Source: Aplysia californica
Lineage: Eukaryota
Assembly: GCF_000002075.1 (NCBI RefSeq)
Contig: NW_004797273.1
Span: 4,036,457 to 4,099,879, forward strand
Direction: 5' to 3'
DNA: 63,423 bases
Position numbers and translations under genes: made by a program. The notes beneath the pieces are model-generated. The model did not search any database and was not told where the DNA came from. It worked only from the letters and a program-made list of their open reading frames with translations. Shown here piece by piece: positions 11,283-24,887 of the stretch; position 1 is the stretch's first letter; every line of letters begins with the position of its first letter.

Positions 11283-12372
11283 GAGCAAGGACTTTACAAG
11301 AAACTGTATACCTCCTTGACCGAGAGACAAAGATAATAGCATTAGGCCCCTAAATCTAATCAAGGAGGATAACACTTATTTAAAAAATCCTTCTTGGGCA
11401 GTGCAAGCTTGATACTCTAGACTTTGTTCAATTTGTGTAATCTCTCCGTATCAGTGGAAATGTTAATGCCGAGGCTTACTATTGGACATCTTTTTGGAAA
11501 TCCGTCTCTAAAAAAGCTGGTGGAAATCTTTTACAGACTACTTATTATACTCAGCTAAAGCAGTCAACAGAATAAAAATCACAGCAAACTATTTTTAAAA
11601 AACCACCCAAAAACCCCAACAACCTCGACTAGAATCTACTGGTCGTTTTGATGGAACTTCGGTTGGAGCATTTTGTGGTGTGAGAATAAACATGTCACTA
11701 TTGTGCTGTATAATGGTGATATTTTTCAGAGAATGTTTCGCGATTCCAAACAATAACTGAAAAGAAAAGAGAATGAAGAAACTAATGTGTGCACCGCTTT
11801 TATTTATCCGCATGGGGCGTTCGCACAAAAATAGCATATATTTTCTAGTACAGTTTAGTGAGAGTTTTGCGGCTCTCGCATGTTTATCTCGCACACATGC
11901 AACTGGCGTAAATAATAGATAGCATTTACCCGCCTAACAGCAAGATCTATGTGCTTTACAATCTACGTTATTATCCCAGCAGACCTGATAGCATTCTGAA
12001 ACAATCTCAACTTCCTGGGAAGCATACGGCGTGTAAGTTATGACAACCTTACAATTTTGATGCACAACACATCACCACAGACAATCACTTCATGTACAAA
12101 CACACTATAACTATAATGTATTGCATATCTTTCACCTGCTCTTAGATAACTGTTCTCGATGTATATCCCAACCAGTTCGCACAGGCTAGAGACAAAAGCA
12201 GAAACATTATTTTCATTATTTTGTTATTATGATTCTTGGTGCAGATGATGTATGATACTGTATTGTATAACAACGAATGGCATATACGCAATAATTGTTA
12301 ATACATAATGTTGAAATTAATAGTTATTAATGTCGGTTGTGTTCTTGTGTCCATATTTCAATTGACAAACAT

Positions 12373-12401
12373 TATAATAATAATAATATAATGATAATAA
12401 C

Positions 12402-12458
<57 letters not shown>

Positions 12459-12773
12459 TGCATTTATATAGCGCATATCCATGCTCAAGAGCATGCTCTA
12501 TGCGCTTTACAACTATTATTACCCCAGCAGACCCTCTGAGAACACTCAGAAACATTCTCGGCTTCCGCGGAAGCATACAGTGCAAGCTGCGGATTTCACG
12601 CGCTAAAATACTATCAAACTGACAAGATCGTTCACTGTCTATAGCCGGGTACCCATTTCCACCTGGGTGAAGTGAGGAAAATAAGTGCAAAGTGCCTTTC
12701 CCAAGGACATGGATTCGAACCCACGACCTTACGGTTGCGAGTCCGAGCGCCTAACCACTAGGCCACCGACGCC
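12373..12773 (-). mobile_element. tRNA-derived CORE-type SINE with L2-like tail
   Basis: Head GGTGGCCTAGTGGTTAGG...GGGTTCGAATCC, CORE-like TGTCCTTGGGAAAGGCACTTT...CACCCAGGTGGAAATGGGTACC, tail GTAAAGCGCATAGAG...GCGCTATATAAAT(ATT)n. Other copies: 17790-18120 (-), 51373-51709 (+); tail fragments near 11910-12030, 26820-26930, 33050-33120. Confidence 0.85.
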
Positions 12774-12891
12774 ACTGCATTATACGAAGGTGTCTGGTTA
12801 AAAGCGATGGCTTACGCAATATTGTTGTTAATATATATTATGCTGTTAAATTCTAACACCAGTTGTGAATGTTGTTTTTGTGTTAACGTTT

Positions 12892-13259
12892 TTAGTTAGT
12901 TTTAGTAGAGGTTTTACGGCGCTCGCAACTGCACAAGATCATATGAGCGCCAAGGGGTGGATGTCAACAGAGAAGTCCTTACAGGAAATCAGACCTACTC
13001 TGCTCACCTCTCTAGCTTCAACAGCACAAATCTGCTTCGACTATCAAGGCACCCCGGAAATAGCGGGTCACAAGAGTGTGACAAACATACAAAAGAAGTA
13101 GAGGAAAATGACGACAGTAAGGATTAGGAAAGAAAAAGCAGTAGTTCCCTGTTGTAGTTCGGGCACACTTATGAGCATGACATTGTTAGATCAGCCCATT
13201 TACAATTCCCTTTGGGAATGGCCAAAGACACTTCAGTCAGTGGCATCGCCCCGGGGGGT
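12892..13259 (-). mobile_element. Headless ~370-390-bp retroposon sharing the Nin-SINE 3' tail
   Basis: Minus-strand 5' end CCCCCCGGGGCGATGCC, 3' tail ATGA..TTGTGCAGTTGCGAGCGCCGTAAAACCTCTACT, imperfect TSD tgttaa(c/t)gttt (12881, 13260). Confidence 0.8.
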
Positions 13260-13363
13260 TGTTAATGTTTCATAAATTGACAAACGTTATTTATTGTAGT
13301 ACGTAGGTGTTTGGTGTCAAGAGCTGACAACAACTTATCACCAAAGCAGACAGCAAGCAGATT

Positions 13364-13398
<35 letters not shown>

Positions 13399-13741
13399 AG
13401 AGGAAGAGAGGGGGGGGGGGGGGCATGTTCTCCTCTTCCGAAATAATTTACGCGAAAAATTAAACTTTTCAAAACAAAAATTCAGCAAAGGGGAAATGAG
13501 ATTCCTCCAATTAATAATTTTTAAAAGCATCTAATAGAAGTTTTACGCCCCCATTGACACTGTTTAGATGAGTTAGGAGGCGGGCTGCTTCGACCTTGGC
13601 CTGCCAGAGCCAACACAGCCGGAAAGAGGTACAACCTCCCGGGAGAAAGACGGAGATACTCGATAAAAGTTCTAACCCTCTCTGAATTCGAACTTTGCCT
13701 GCAACAACGAAGTGCCTTACTACTACACCACAGACGTCTCT

Positions 13742-14267
13742 TTTTTGTTTTTTGTAAAGTGTTTTACGGCGCTCGCAACTGCATAAGGTCATATGAGCGC
13801 GCGGGACACACCTAATATTTTCAGTTGGTAGGACATTTTGAATTTTGCCCGGGTGGCGGCCGAAGCCTACTCTTATCGATTTTAGACCACCAAGGGATCT
13901 TTAACGTGCGCAACTTGCACACGGGTCCTCCGAGATTTTTCGCCCTTGTCCGAGAAGGCTAGCTGTAGATCTTTCCTACCAGAAGATCAGGGGTGTGGCT
14001 GAAAGACAGCAGTAAGAAGAAACGAAGGAGTAGCAGTAGAAAGGCCGCAGAAAGAATCAGGAGCCCAGAGGAAGGGGCAAAGGAGGTGAGGGGGTGGGGG
14101 CAGAAATAGGAGACGAAAGCAGACGACAGAATATTGCTAGAGAGCAGGAAATGAGGTGAAAGGAGACAAATTTAGAGAAGAAAATTTTTCGGTCGCTACC
14201 CGGATTCGAACCCGGGACCTTTGAATGAGAGGCCAACACCTTAACCTCTAGGCCACGAGAGCCCCCT
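13742..14267 (-). mobile_element. tRNA-derived Nin/Deu-domain SINE, full length
   Basis: Near-identical to 7261-7789; 11-bp TSD cagacgtctct (13731-13741, 14268-14278); inserted at the end of an older SINE-like segment (about 13540-13740). Confidence 0.85.
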
Positions 14268-16684
14268 CAGACGTCTCTCCAGAAAAAAAAATAGTATATG
14301 GTTACATCACGACTATATGTGTCACGACGCGGTGGAATCAAGTGCTGGTCAATTTTCTGCCATATAAGAGTTATTAATATCATCCTATGCAGCTCGTTAA
14401 TAAGATAGATAAGATAGATCTTTATGTCCAAATCCTGGCACATTGGTTCCTTGTTTCGCCATGTACACACGCACGCACGCACGCACACACACACACACAC
14501 ACACAGACTTACCCTCACATGCATAATATAAATTAACAGTAATATAAACAATAACAATGTTAAGCTAGGTACATACTTAGTATTCTGATTGTAACCCAAA
14601 GGTATTCTGATTCTTGCATTTGGCGATAAAAGCACCCATCTAGTTTGAATTTGAATCAATGTCGAAATATTTGCCATGGAAGGAGGTGCATGGGGATCGA
14701 CTGGTGTGAGTAGTAAAATTAGCCAGAAAATGGCTGAGAAAAATTACGAGGCAGAAAGTCAGAAATAACAGTGGGATAGCACAAAAGTATGACCTTCTGG
14801 TTTCTAGAGCACTTCCGGTTGACCAAGGCCTCAACTCCGCCAACAGACTTACGAATACAAACAAACACGTAGAAGCAGAAAACAAAAACAAAACAAAAAT
14901 AAACCAACAAAATCAAGAAAAGACAAGAATGTTTCTAAAATCCAACTTTTTAATGCCCAATACTCACATCCATGTAAATCAAAGTGCTCTCATTAGTTTG
15001 TGAGGAATTCTAGTGAAAATGACAACAACAGCAAAAATAGAAGTGAACAAATAGTGAATAATTCACTTTCCAAACCCATGTTAATCACCAACTGTACAAA
15101 TACAAACACAAAGAAAGACAAGACTGCATACATGCAGTGACCAAAGATCTATCTATATAAACCATAAAATACAGGACGTGTAAATAGAAAAAAAGAACAA
15201 CATGAAGTACGGTACGAAACCCAAGGGTTGGTCAGCAATAGTCTTTTAAAAAATACACGTACGTGCACGTTGTATTCTGTTTGAGAGAGCATACTCACAC
15301 ATATGCATGCATGTGCACACGCACACAAAACACACTATAAAAAAACACACTCTCTCTCTCTCTCTTTCATACACAAATCTTATTTCTCAAAGATCAGACA
15401 GTTTCTGATACATGTCCGCACACATTGTAATTGTAGGCTACTCCCCACACATTTCAGCAGTTTATGGATTTCCATTCTACTCATGCAGCTTTGTCAATAT
15501 TGTCAAGACTTGAGAGCACGCTTCAGAGACAAGATGAGGAAAACCTCAGTTGTTCTATGCACAATCACCATTGTCAAATACATCATTTTTTTCAAAGAGG
15601 GGCATTTACTGACAAACTCTAAAAAGGTGAATGAACAAATGGAAGAAAGTTCAGAACCTATAACAACACTTCACCTTTACACCCAAACTTTGTGACTTCA
15701 GTTGTGATATTCTGGAAATTTCCAAACTTTTTTTCACTTGCTTGCATATCTCACACAGTTTCTTGCAGCTTCTAACCGTTTATTTTGATGTGAAGTAGTT
15801 AACTGCTAGTCAATGCAATAACAGCGACATTATGGAATATATTAGATCAAAAGTAAAATTTTAAAATAGACATAGAACAGCAAAACACCACAACAATGAG
15901 CAAACAAGTCAGTACAAAATGAGAAAGAAGGAAGGAAGAAAACACAACACCAGAAGGGAAATATTCTGTTTAAGAATAAGTAAACATCCTCAAAAACAAT
16001 AAACAACTAACAAATGTTGGAAATGGGGGGGAAGCTGGACCCCTGCACAGACACAACTTGTGAGCAAGCGGAGAAGATTCGTCCTCCTGGGTTGGAGAAT
16101 GACGAACAGCAAAACATCAACACAATATATATGCTATGACTGACATGCTGGCCAGACGCTGAACTAAATAAGTCATAGCCAAGTCTCTGACATCAAAACT
16201 GACACATCACAACTAAAAAAGAAAGGTAAAAAAGTAATACAACATTCAGAGTACCCGATCAATTGATGGCAGCTGGTACTGGATGGACTCGAGAAAGCTG
16301 AGGGAAAAAAAAATTAATCTTGACTCGACCAAACACCAGACTTTTGTATAAAAGTGAGAGATGATAGGCAGCTGGGCAATGAACAGAAAAGACATTAAGA
16401 TATGCATCTTCTGTTCCTTCCCATCAAGCCTTAAATGCCTTCTTCACAGTCGACTAAGATTTGTAAACCTTTTACATGAACTTCGATTTTCTTTTGCCCA
16501 GAAGCAGCATAAGTAGCTGTCTTGCTCTGAGTAAAAGATGAGCACAATTGTCATTATGTGATGGGAAAAAGCAACACAGACAGACAGACAGAAACATCAG
16601 AGGGACAGTGAAAAAGTATAGTGCAGGGCTGAGGTCAGTGTACTCACAGATACTTCCATACACTTACATCAATGGACTTTCAAA

Positions 16685-16990
16685 TACCCCTATACACTCA
16701 TATCAGTATACTGAAAGACACCTCTATACACTCATATCAGTATACTGAAAGACACCTCTATACACTCATATCAGTGTGCTGAAAGATACCTCTATACACT
16801 CATATCAATGTGCTGAAAGATACCTCTATACACTCATATCAGTGTGCTGAAAGATACCTCTACACACTCATATCAGTGTGCTGAAAGATGCCTCTATACA
16901 CTCATATCAGTGTACTTTCAATTATATCTTCTATTGTTACACTCATATCTGTGTACTGAAAGAAATCTCTATACACTCATATCAGTAAAC
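16685..16990. repeat. 34-bp minisatellite, about 8-9 units
   Basis: Unit tatacactcatatcagtgtgctgaaagatacctc. Confidence 0.9.
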
Positions 16991-17789
16991 GTGCAGATAG
17001 GCCTACTTCAGTACACTGATACACACTGACCAGACCATTTCACTATACCGTTCAGTCTTTGTAACAAAATCTTTACAGTACTTGCCACATCTCTGTCACC
17101 TCCCGACATTATACATTCACATTTGTTCTCTTTGAAAACCATTGTACCTTTGTAAAAAGAATTATATCACAGGTAAAATTGGCATTGGTGTGCTTGAATA
17201 AATATGACTTAATGGCGACAATGCACAAGTTCATAATACCAGAACCTGTCAGAGAGCATCACAATAAATACAATGCTATGGCAGTCATGTACAATCTCCT
17301 GTGACTTTTTAAAAATTACTAAAAAGTAATCATAAAAAAAGAATGAACAAAAAAAATCTGGTGTCTTACTGAAAGTTACCGACTGAGACTGACAAAATCT
17401 CTCGGCTGTTAACAATTGCTTACTCATGATCTTTGGGCAAAATAAAATTTAAAAAAGCAAAATACAAAAAATTCTTCATAACAACAGAAACAGAGCTGAT
17501 CATTCTTTATAAACAAACAAACATAGGAAAAAGGTCTTAAAAAGAAACAGATTTCCAGGATCTACACTAACACTGCAGTTGTCGCTTAAAACACAATATG
17601 TTTGATTTCGTACACTGGAACCAAAATAGGCCCCCAAATAAAACAGACATTTTCATAAAAAACTGTTTAAAACATTGTATGTTACAGATATGTCGCATAA
17701 TACTTATTGTGACAAGATATGAACAGCGAAAAATAAATAAGTATTATATGTGTTGCAAAGAAAAATTACTAACTCCAGTTGATGCTAAT

Positions 17790-18120
17790 TAAATATATAT
17801 AGCATATATATTCATGCTCAACATCATACTCTATGTGCCTTACAACAATAAATACCCCCATCAGACCTCAGAACACTCGGAACCATTCTCAGCTCCGCGG
17901 GGAAATATACCGTGCAAGCTGCGGATTTCACACCCCCAAACACTAACAAAGTGACAAGATGTTTCACTTTCTATAGCCAGGTACCTATTCCACTTGGGTG
18001 ATGTGAGGAAAAATTGAATAAAGTGCCTTTCTCAAGGACACAACTTCCGGTCTCTAATATGATTTGAACCCATAACCTTATGATTGTGAGTCAGAGAGCC
18101 TAACCATTAGGCCAGCGAAC
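17790..18120 (-). mobile_element. CORE-type SINE copy
   Basis: Aligns by eye with 12373-12773. Confidence 0.75.
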
Positions 18121-19424
18121 CCATATTTCTTTTTACTCGCCTTGCAATGCGAGTTCAAATGGAGTTATTCATTTTTTCTGAGAAAGCAAAGATATTATGC
18201 TGTTCATTCTCCAGCACAGGGACTTGTAATGTTTCAAAAGACCCACACATAAACATTTTTCAACCTTGTATAAGTCCATAACATTAAATGGACAAAAGTA
18301 AGAAGAAGTGCACACTTGACAAAAAATATTTTCTAAAAACATATGCACAAAATCTGAAAACTTTTCATTGTCACGTTTCTATTTACAGTTGGACTGCTTG
18401 GTACTTGTAGAGGTTAAATGCACTCTCAATATTGAAAGATGGCTTTAAGAGGCGGGATCTTCCAAATGACCGAGCCTGGTCTGTGGAGAGCCTTACACAC
18501 TCCCAAAACTACACGAGTTCAGGAACACTTCAATGAGGGATTGAGCCCAGGATCATTTGCACCATAGCCCAGCATGATACCAGCTGAGTTAATGGTGCAC
18601 CCCCCTAATTAGATTACATGTTTAAAGCAGGCTCCAATCTTTCCTATGAAAAAAATTACAAAAACTTTTATCACTAAAACCCTTTATTAACATTAATAAT
18701 CTCAACAGACCAAATCTAATTCTTCCAATATTCTTGAAGCTCGAAGTACCAATCAAAATCTGCTTGGACTAATAAACAATTGCAAGACACTGTGGAGAGT
18801 GCCTCCATTTTTCCACCAAATAGTTACGTGACACACTACACAGAAACACTCATGTGACACATTTAACAACACACCCACAGGGGACACACTAATTGACAAA
18901 TGCATCTGACACATTAAACATGTTTTCAATCCGACAAATGTGACACATTAAATAAGACTCAAATGAGCACGCTCACTAGTTTCTGACTTTATTACATCCA
19001 ACTTTGGCCCCTTGCAAAGCAAAGCAAAGTCCACCAACAAGCTCTCAGTGTACTTCCTGTGGATTTCCAAAGCAATTCTTCTATTATGTATACCATTCAA
19101 ACATGTCTTGGGGATTAGATTTTAAATCTGACTCCACAGGTTTTCTGAACAGATTCTTGAACAAACCCAAAGGAAAGAGGCAAAATCCGTAATAACTCTA
19201 CTCTATTTCAGAAAGTACATTTTAAAAATAAACCCAAAAAAACCCACACACGCAACAAAACAAAAACAAATAGCAAAAAACAAATCATTGAGCTTTCACT
19301 TTTGGAAACGTAGAGCTAAATGTGTATACTGCTTCCTCAGATTCTGAAGGGAATCATGAGATTTCTTTTTAAAAAATGAGTTCAATAATTGCACATATCA
19401 CTGAATAATGCTTTGATAACATGC

Positions 19425-19817
19425 TTTAGTTTTAGTAGAGGTTTTACGGCGCTCGCAACTGCATAAGGTCATTTGAGCGCCAAAGGGTGGATGTAAACAG
19501 AGAAGTCCTTACAGGGAATCAGACTTACTCTGCTCACCTCTCTAGCTTCAACAGCGCAAAGTCTGCTTTGACTATCAAGGTACCCCGGAAATAGTGGGGC
19601 ACAAGAGTGTGACAAACATACAAAAGAAGTAGAGGAAAATTGACAATAGTATGGACTAGGAAAGAAAAAGCAGCAGTTTCCTGTTGTAGATCAGGCACAG
19701 TTATGAGCGTGACATAAATGAATCAGTCCATTTACAATTCTACTGTGCAGGAACGAAAAATGTCCCTCCTTTGGGATTGGCCTAAAGACACTTCAGTCAG
19801 AGGCACCGCCCCGGGGG
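19425..19817 (-). mobile_element. Headless ~390-bp retroposon, full length
   Basis: Same ends as 12892-13259; TSD tga(t/c)aacatgc (19414-19424, 19818-19828). Confidence 0.8.
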
Positions 19818-20086
19818 TGACAACATGCAAGGGACTAATGGCAAAGATAGAGATTTAGAGCATGGTTTGTTCTGTTACCAGGGAGGAGGATACATACAGA
19901 ATCATATGTGTTGTGTTGGACATGTCTCAGACGGCTCAGCGGGGGGGGGGGGGGGGTTGAGTAAACTGGCACAGGATAACACTGTCAGTAGCTCCTGTTA
20001 TCACAAGTCTTCTTTAAAAGTTAAAAAAACGACATGATGGACGTCACACTCTGTTAAATATCTAATTATAAGGATATATGAATATA

Positions 20087-20515
20087 ATGAGAGGCGTTGT
20101 GGTGAAATCAGGCACTCATCAAAATAATGAAATCTGAGAAATCGGCATTTTACAGCCAGTTTGGACATTTTTTTCTAATATTTGTTTATTGTCTCCTTCT
20201 ATGTCCATTCAAAAATACTTTTATGTGTGGATTTTAGAGAAAAACGTTGATTAAAAGCACCAAAAAATGTAAATTTGCAGTTTCCAAGGACTCTTAAGCT
20301 ATGGAAGTCACCAAACATTGGCGGCCATTTTCTCGCTAATTTTACCTCTGCAACCAGGCTACCCCACCTCCTCCAATTGCAAATATCTCAACTTCTATTC
20401 CAGATTAATTAATATTTTTTCATCAAAAGCAAGGCAAATAAATAACCTCTAAGACTATACCAATAACTCCATAAGCCAAAAAATGGACGAGCGCCTGATT
20501 TCACTGTGTCCTGAA
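20087..20515 (+). mobile_element. Non-autonomous DNA transposon (MITE) with GTGAAATCAGGCGCT terminal inverted repeats
   Basis: gtggtgaaatcaggcactcatc ... gacgagcgcctgatttcac. Copies at 35383-35812 (-) and 52669-53064 (+), a deleted copy at 32198-32320, fragments at 14318-14400 and 14685-14740. Confidence 0.75.
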
Positions 20516-22215
20516 ACATATGATATGAAAAATAAGAGGCTCTTCTTGCAGCCCACTGATGTGCACTTCCTGTTGAGCCAGCCTTACTGTTCACAATACA
20601 GGTAGAAATAGGACAACAAAAGCTACATAACAATTTAATTGGTTGTGAATATCGTGATAGTAACATAGTAGAGAGCAGCGGCTGTCCCAAAGCATGCACA
20701 ACAACTGCACATGGAAGAGAATGTATGAGGGGGTCTATACACCAACAGAGTAGGAAGCTAAACAAAAAAGTACTAAAAAGATCAACAAGTCTTTAGGAAG
20801 GTCCTTATGGCTGCATGAAACAGCGGGGGATGGGGGATGACAAAAAAAAAAGAGAAAAAGAGAGGCAAGCAGAACATCTAAGAGTTAAAGTGCGCTGGGT
20901 TTTAACTGCTCCATGGCCAAGCATGTTTTATACTCAAATTCTCTGGCCAGGCAGGCAGTGAAGGGTTAGGTGCTAAGCAATGTGCAGGCAGCTCTAATAT
21001 GTTATAAACAGCTTCACAAAGTTCTACAGCAAAAAGCAATACTGACTCTGATGCCTTCACGTCAACATTACACGCAGTCTACACAATGTATCTATGTATC
21101 AGTGGAGAGGAAAAATAGTGAAATTTGATTTAGTCCTGTCATTGGAATAATCATAATGATCGTTGCTGTTGCAAAAGAAGTTTTCAACTCTAATAAGTAA
21201 CTCAGTTTAATCCACCTTTACTGGTTGGAAGTAAAAAAATTGGAGCAACAAATTTTTCTTGTGACAACAACAATATGTAGTTAATGTAGTTAGGTGAATA
21301 CATGTGAACTTTTGAGTGCTTGTGAGTACTTATCAGGAAGAGAACAAGAGCGTAGAACTGAAATTCAGACACATAATGAATGACAACAGCTGCACAGTCA
21401 GTTTTGGCATTAGTCAGTAGTCCACAACAACAAAAAAAGAGGAAGGTAATACATAGTCGCAAGTCTCTTTGCCTTTTCAAAAACAATTAAGTGTCCTTGT
21501 GAAAGACAATCAAAATGTCCAAAATCAGAGGTCAACAAAATCAGCTTCTCTGAAAATATTTAAGCAATGTTGACATAACATCCAAGCATCCCCACTTTTT
21601 TCCCTATTTAACACCTTAAAAAATATTTTTTTCGCAATAAAAAAATGCCCGCTGTAACAGCCGAAATTATGAAATAAATAAATGTTTAGTGTCTTTAGAA
21701 AGTCATACACATTCCATTTAAAAAATGGAGGGGATCTGCAACAGTCATATCTATGTTACAGCAGAGGACGTCAGACAAAGATGTCATTATTTTGGGAGTA
21801 TTTATTAACAGCCCATCAGCAACAGTCTTCATCAAAATACACAGCTCAGTTCAGCACACACTCAGGGAAAATTTGCATGAGTTCAGTAATTAAAACATTA
21901 AAAATATTAAAACTTAAAAATATCACTTTTGAAGTACTAACATGCCAGTTAACTCAATCTGGACAACATACATTGATTGCGCATTTACAAGTAATAATAT
22001 AAACATTACAGTCATGCAGCTGTGGAAATCATCTCCGATCTCCAACCATAAAAAAGCACAACAAAGCTTTTATATAATCATAAAAATTTTAACTGAACAA
22101 CAAAATGTTTTGCTATTTTTTGAAGCGATCAGAATCGAAAATACCACAATTTCCCTTATTGTTTGCTCTTTTGATCCATAAGTTCTTTTTCCTCAAATAA
22201 AGATCACATATCTTT

Positions 22216-23295
22216 CATAGCTGCCACTTTCCCGCTAAATAGCGGAAACTCCGCTTCATCTAGCTTTTCCCGCTACTTTCCTCCGTTGGACCGCTCTCGG
22301 TTGCAAATTGTGATACTTTTTTTTTTCACGCGGAAAACACCGAACCGGGAGAGAGACGAAAACACGGCTTGCGCATGACGCATGTCCGCCCGTAGCTTTC
22401 TACTTCCGCTCTTCTTGGCCTAGCGCTAGTTTCACTTTGTTTAATGTGGAGCAACACAGTGTCGATCGGGCATCAGGACGTTGGCGCGCCGAGTTGTCAA
22501 TGAAAACGGCGGAAATTTGATGCAGAAATAAAAGGAGCTGGAATGAGAAAGAAGCAGCCGGTGTTCGATTTGAAAAGTTCATTAGAAAATTGAACAAGCC
22601 GTTTGCTGCCCTTTGCGTTTGGTGCGATAAAGTCACGGCCCGCGGCATTCCTGTACAATTGCGGCCCCGTTTGTTTACATGACGGCTATTGTGGCTGTGG
22701 AAGTGAATCTAGATCTAGATAATCTATCTCTAGATACATGTATAATCTAGATCTACAATATATTTAGATATCTAGATTCTAGAGCTAGATTAGACAGCCT
22801 AGGCTATAATTTTAATTCCGTTGAGATCTCTAAGTAAGAAACACATTACAGGGGCACTAAGTGCAAACGGGACTGCAATTGTAATAGGAGTGCCGAAATC
22901 GTTCAGTACAGCGACAAAGGTGTTGCCTCCTTGATCCAATACTGCTCTACATCGATGTACAAGTTTAAAGTGAAAGAAATCTTTTTATGAGACACCAGCT
23001 GACAACAAACACTGGATTTTTAGTCACCAAGTCCAAACTGTGTCCAATTGGCTCAAATGCTTGTTAGTCAACTTAGTGCCTTTGTTTTTTTTGTGTGTTT
23101 TTTTTTTCAAGTACATTTTAATTTCAGTTGCCTATAGTTAACAAATATGACAGTTTTCCCTGCCAAAACCGTAGGCTAGATTTTCCTGTATATTGCCTCT
23201 GGATCTCACTGGTTTTACTCCGGCCTTTGGAGAGCGCGCGTACATGCCTTCCCGTGAATTTCCTCCTTTTTTGAAATTCCTGAGTGGCAGCTATG
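22216..23295. mobile_element. Non-autonomous TIR element with 6-bp TSD (hAT-like)
   Basis: Perfect 13-bp TIR CATAGCTGCCACT / AGTGGCAGCTATG flanked by ATCTTT on both sides (22210-22215, 23296-23301). Confidence 0.75.
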
Positions 23296-24347
23296 ATCTT
23301 TGTCAAGCACATCTTTTTATGTTTTGTACACTTACATAATATATGGCATAATATACGACAAATGAACATTCTCCAAAACATGACGAACCTCACTCCCCAG
23401 ATGATCATACAGTACTTTGCACTTGTGCGTTCAGTCAGGTAAGTACGGTATGGGTTCATTACACCAGAGACCTAACAATGTTTTAACATTGCTAGGTCGT
23501 CTCTGATTACACTTTCCAAAACTGTCATTTCTTCTTCTTCATCTTTAAATGGACACCTTAATCTAGGGAACAAAGGCTGTTGTGCAAAGCTGGTCCTCAA
23601 GGCTCCTGTAGGGTTTTGGGTCTCCCTTCCTAGTGTTGGGCCAATATTTCCTTCATAAAATTATCTAAGAAGCAAGACCTTAACAGCGTATGTCCATCAT
23701 TGATCTGACCGAGTCGAGTACGAAGAAAGCCTTGAACCCCCCCCCCCCTCCCAGAAAACTTAAGTCCAATAATGCCCCCTATGAACACAAACCAGAGTCA
23801 TGAGCACTTTCAACCAGCATGACACCAACTGAGATAATGGCATACCCTTGTTTAACAAAGTCCTGTCACAAGTGAATATGTAGACTTCCCTACAGCATGT
23901 GAATGCATCAGTATTACTTTGAAATGAGATGGCAAAAGACATTGAGTGCAAGCGTAGTTTTGATAAAACATAGTGCTCTCAAAAGTACCCTGTAGAATCA
24001 ATAACCATCAGACTTTTAAACAATAAAAAAAGCCTTCTACAAAAAAGTATGAAAAGGTTGAGGAGGGGGTGGATCTCATCATGAAAATAAGAAGCCAGCT
24101 TGGAATAAGAAGATAAGAGTACAAAAAGCAAATTGCAAAGGTCTGAAGCAGACCTTTCTGGTATGTGAGTTCAAACACCCTTAGACAAGATTTACTGTCA
24201 GCAGCTTTGTGATGAGTAAATTGCACAGATGATCAACGAAGTCGATGTATCATTTAACAACCTCACAACTACTGTAAGCAAAATATACATTTCAACAGTA
24301 CCAGGGAATGTTCCACAATCACTGTCATTGACAAACACAATGTGTTC

Positions 24348-24389
<42 letters not shown>

Positions 24390-24392
<3 letters not shown>

Positions 24393-24670
24393 CATGCATC
24401 ATTCATCAGCCAAACCAACATTCATCATCAATCCATCCAACCAATATGGATCATCCACGGACTCACTCTGCATGCATCATCCATCAACCCAACCAGCATG
24501 CATCATCCATCCATCCAACCAATATGGATCATCCATGGACTCACCCAGCATGCATCATCCACCAACCAGACCAGCATGCATCATCCATCAACCAGACCAG
24601 CATGCATCATCCATCAACCCAACCAGCATGTCCACCGACCCAGCATGCATCATCAATCAGCATACATAAT
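24390..24670. repeat. CAT/CCA-rich minisatellite (about 26-bp unit with a ~77-bp higher-order duplication)
   Basis: Variants of catcatccatcaaccagaccagcatg; preceded by (TA)n at 24351-24386. Confidence 0.85.
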
Positions 24671-24887
24671 CAATCGACCTAGAAACAACTTCTGTTTGCA
24701 ACCACAAACAATCATTTCATTGGTTACCTGGTATCTCGGCCCCGTCTGTTTTGCCCAGGTTATTGGATGTCTCAATAAACACAAGAAGACATCATATTCA
24801 CGATGGGTTACAAAAGTTATTACAGTCCAGCATGCACATAGCAAAATCAGCCAGATGTGGAAATCTTTTTGTGATGTACGAATTTTG

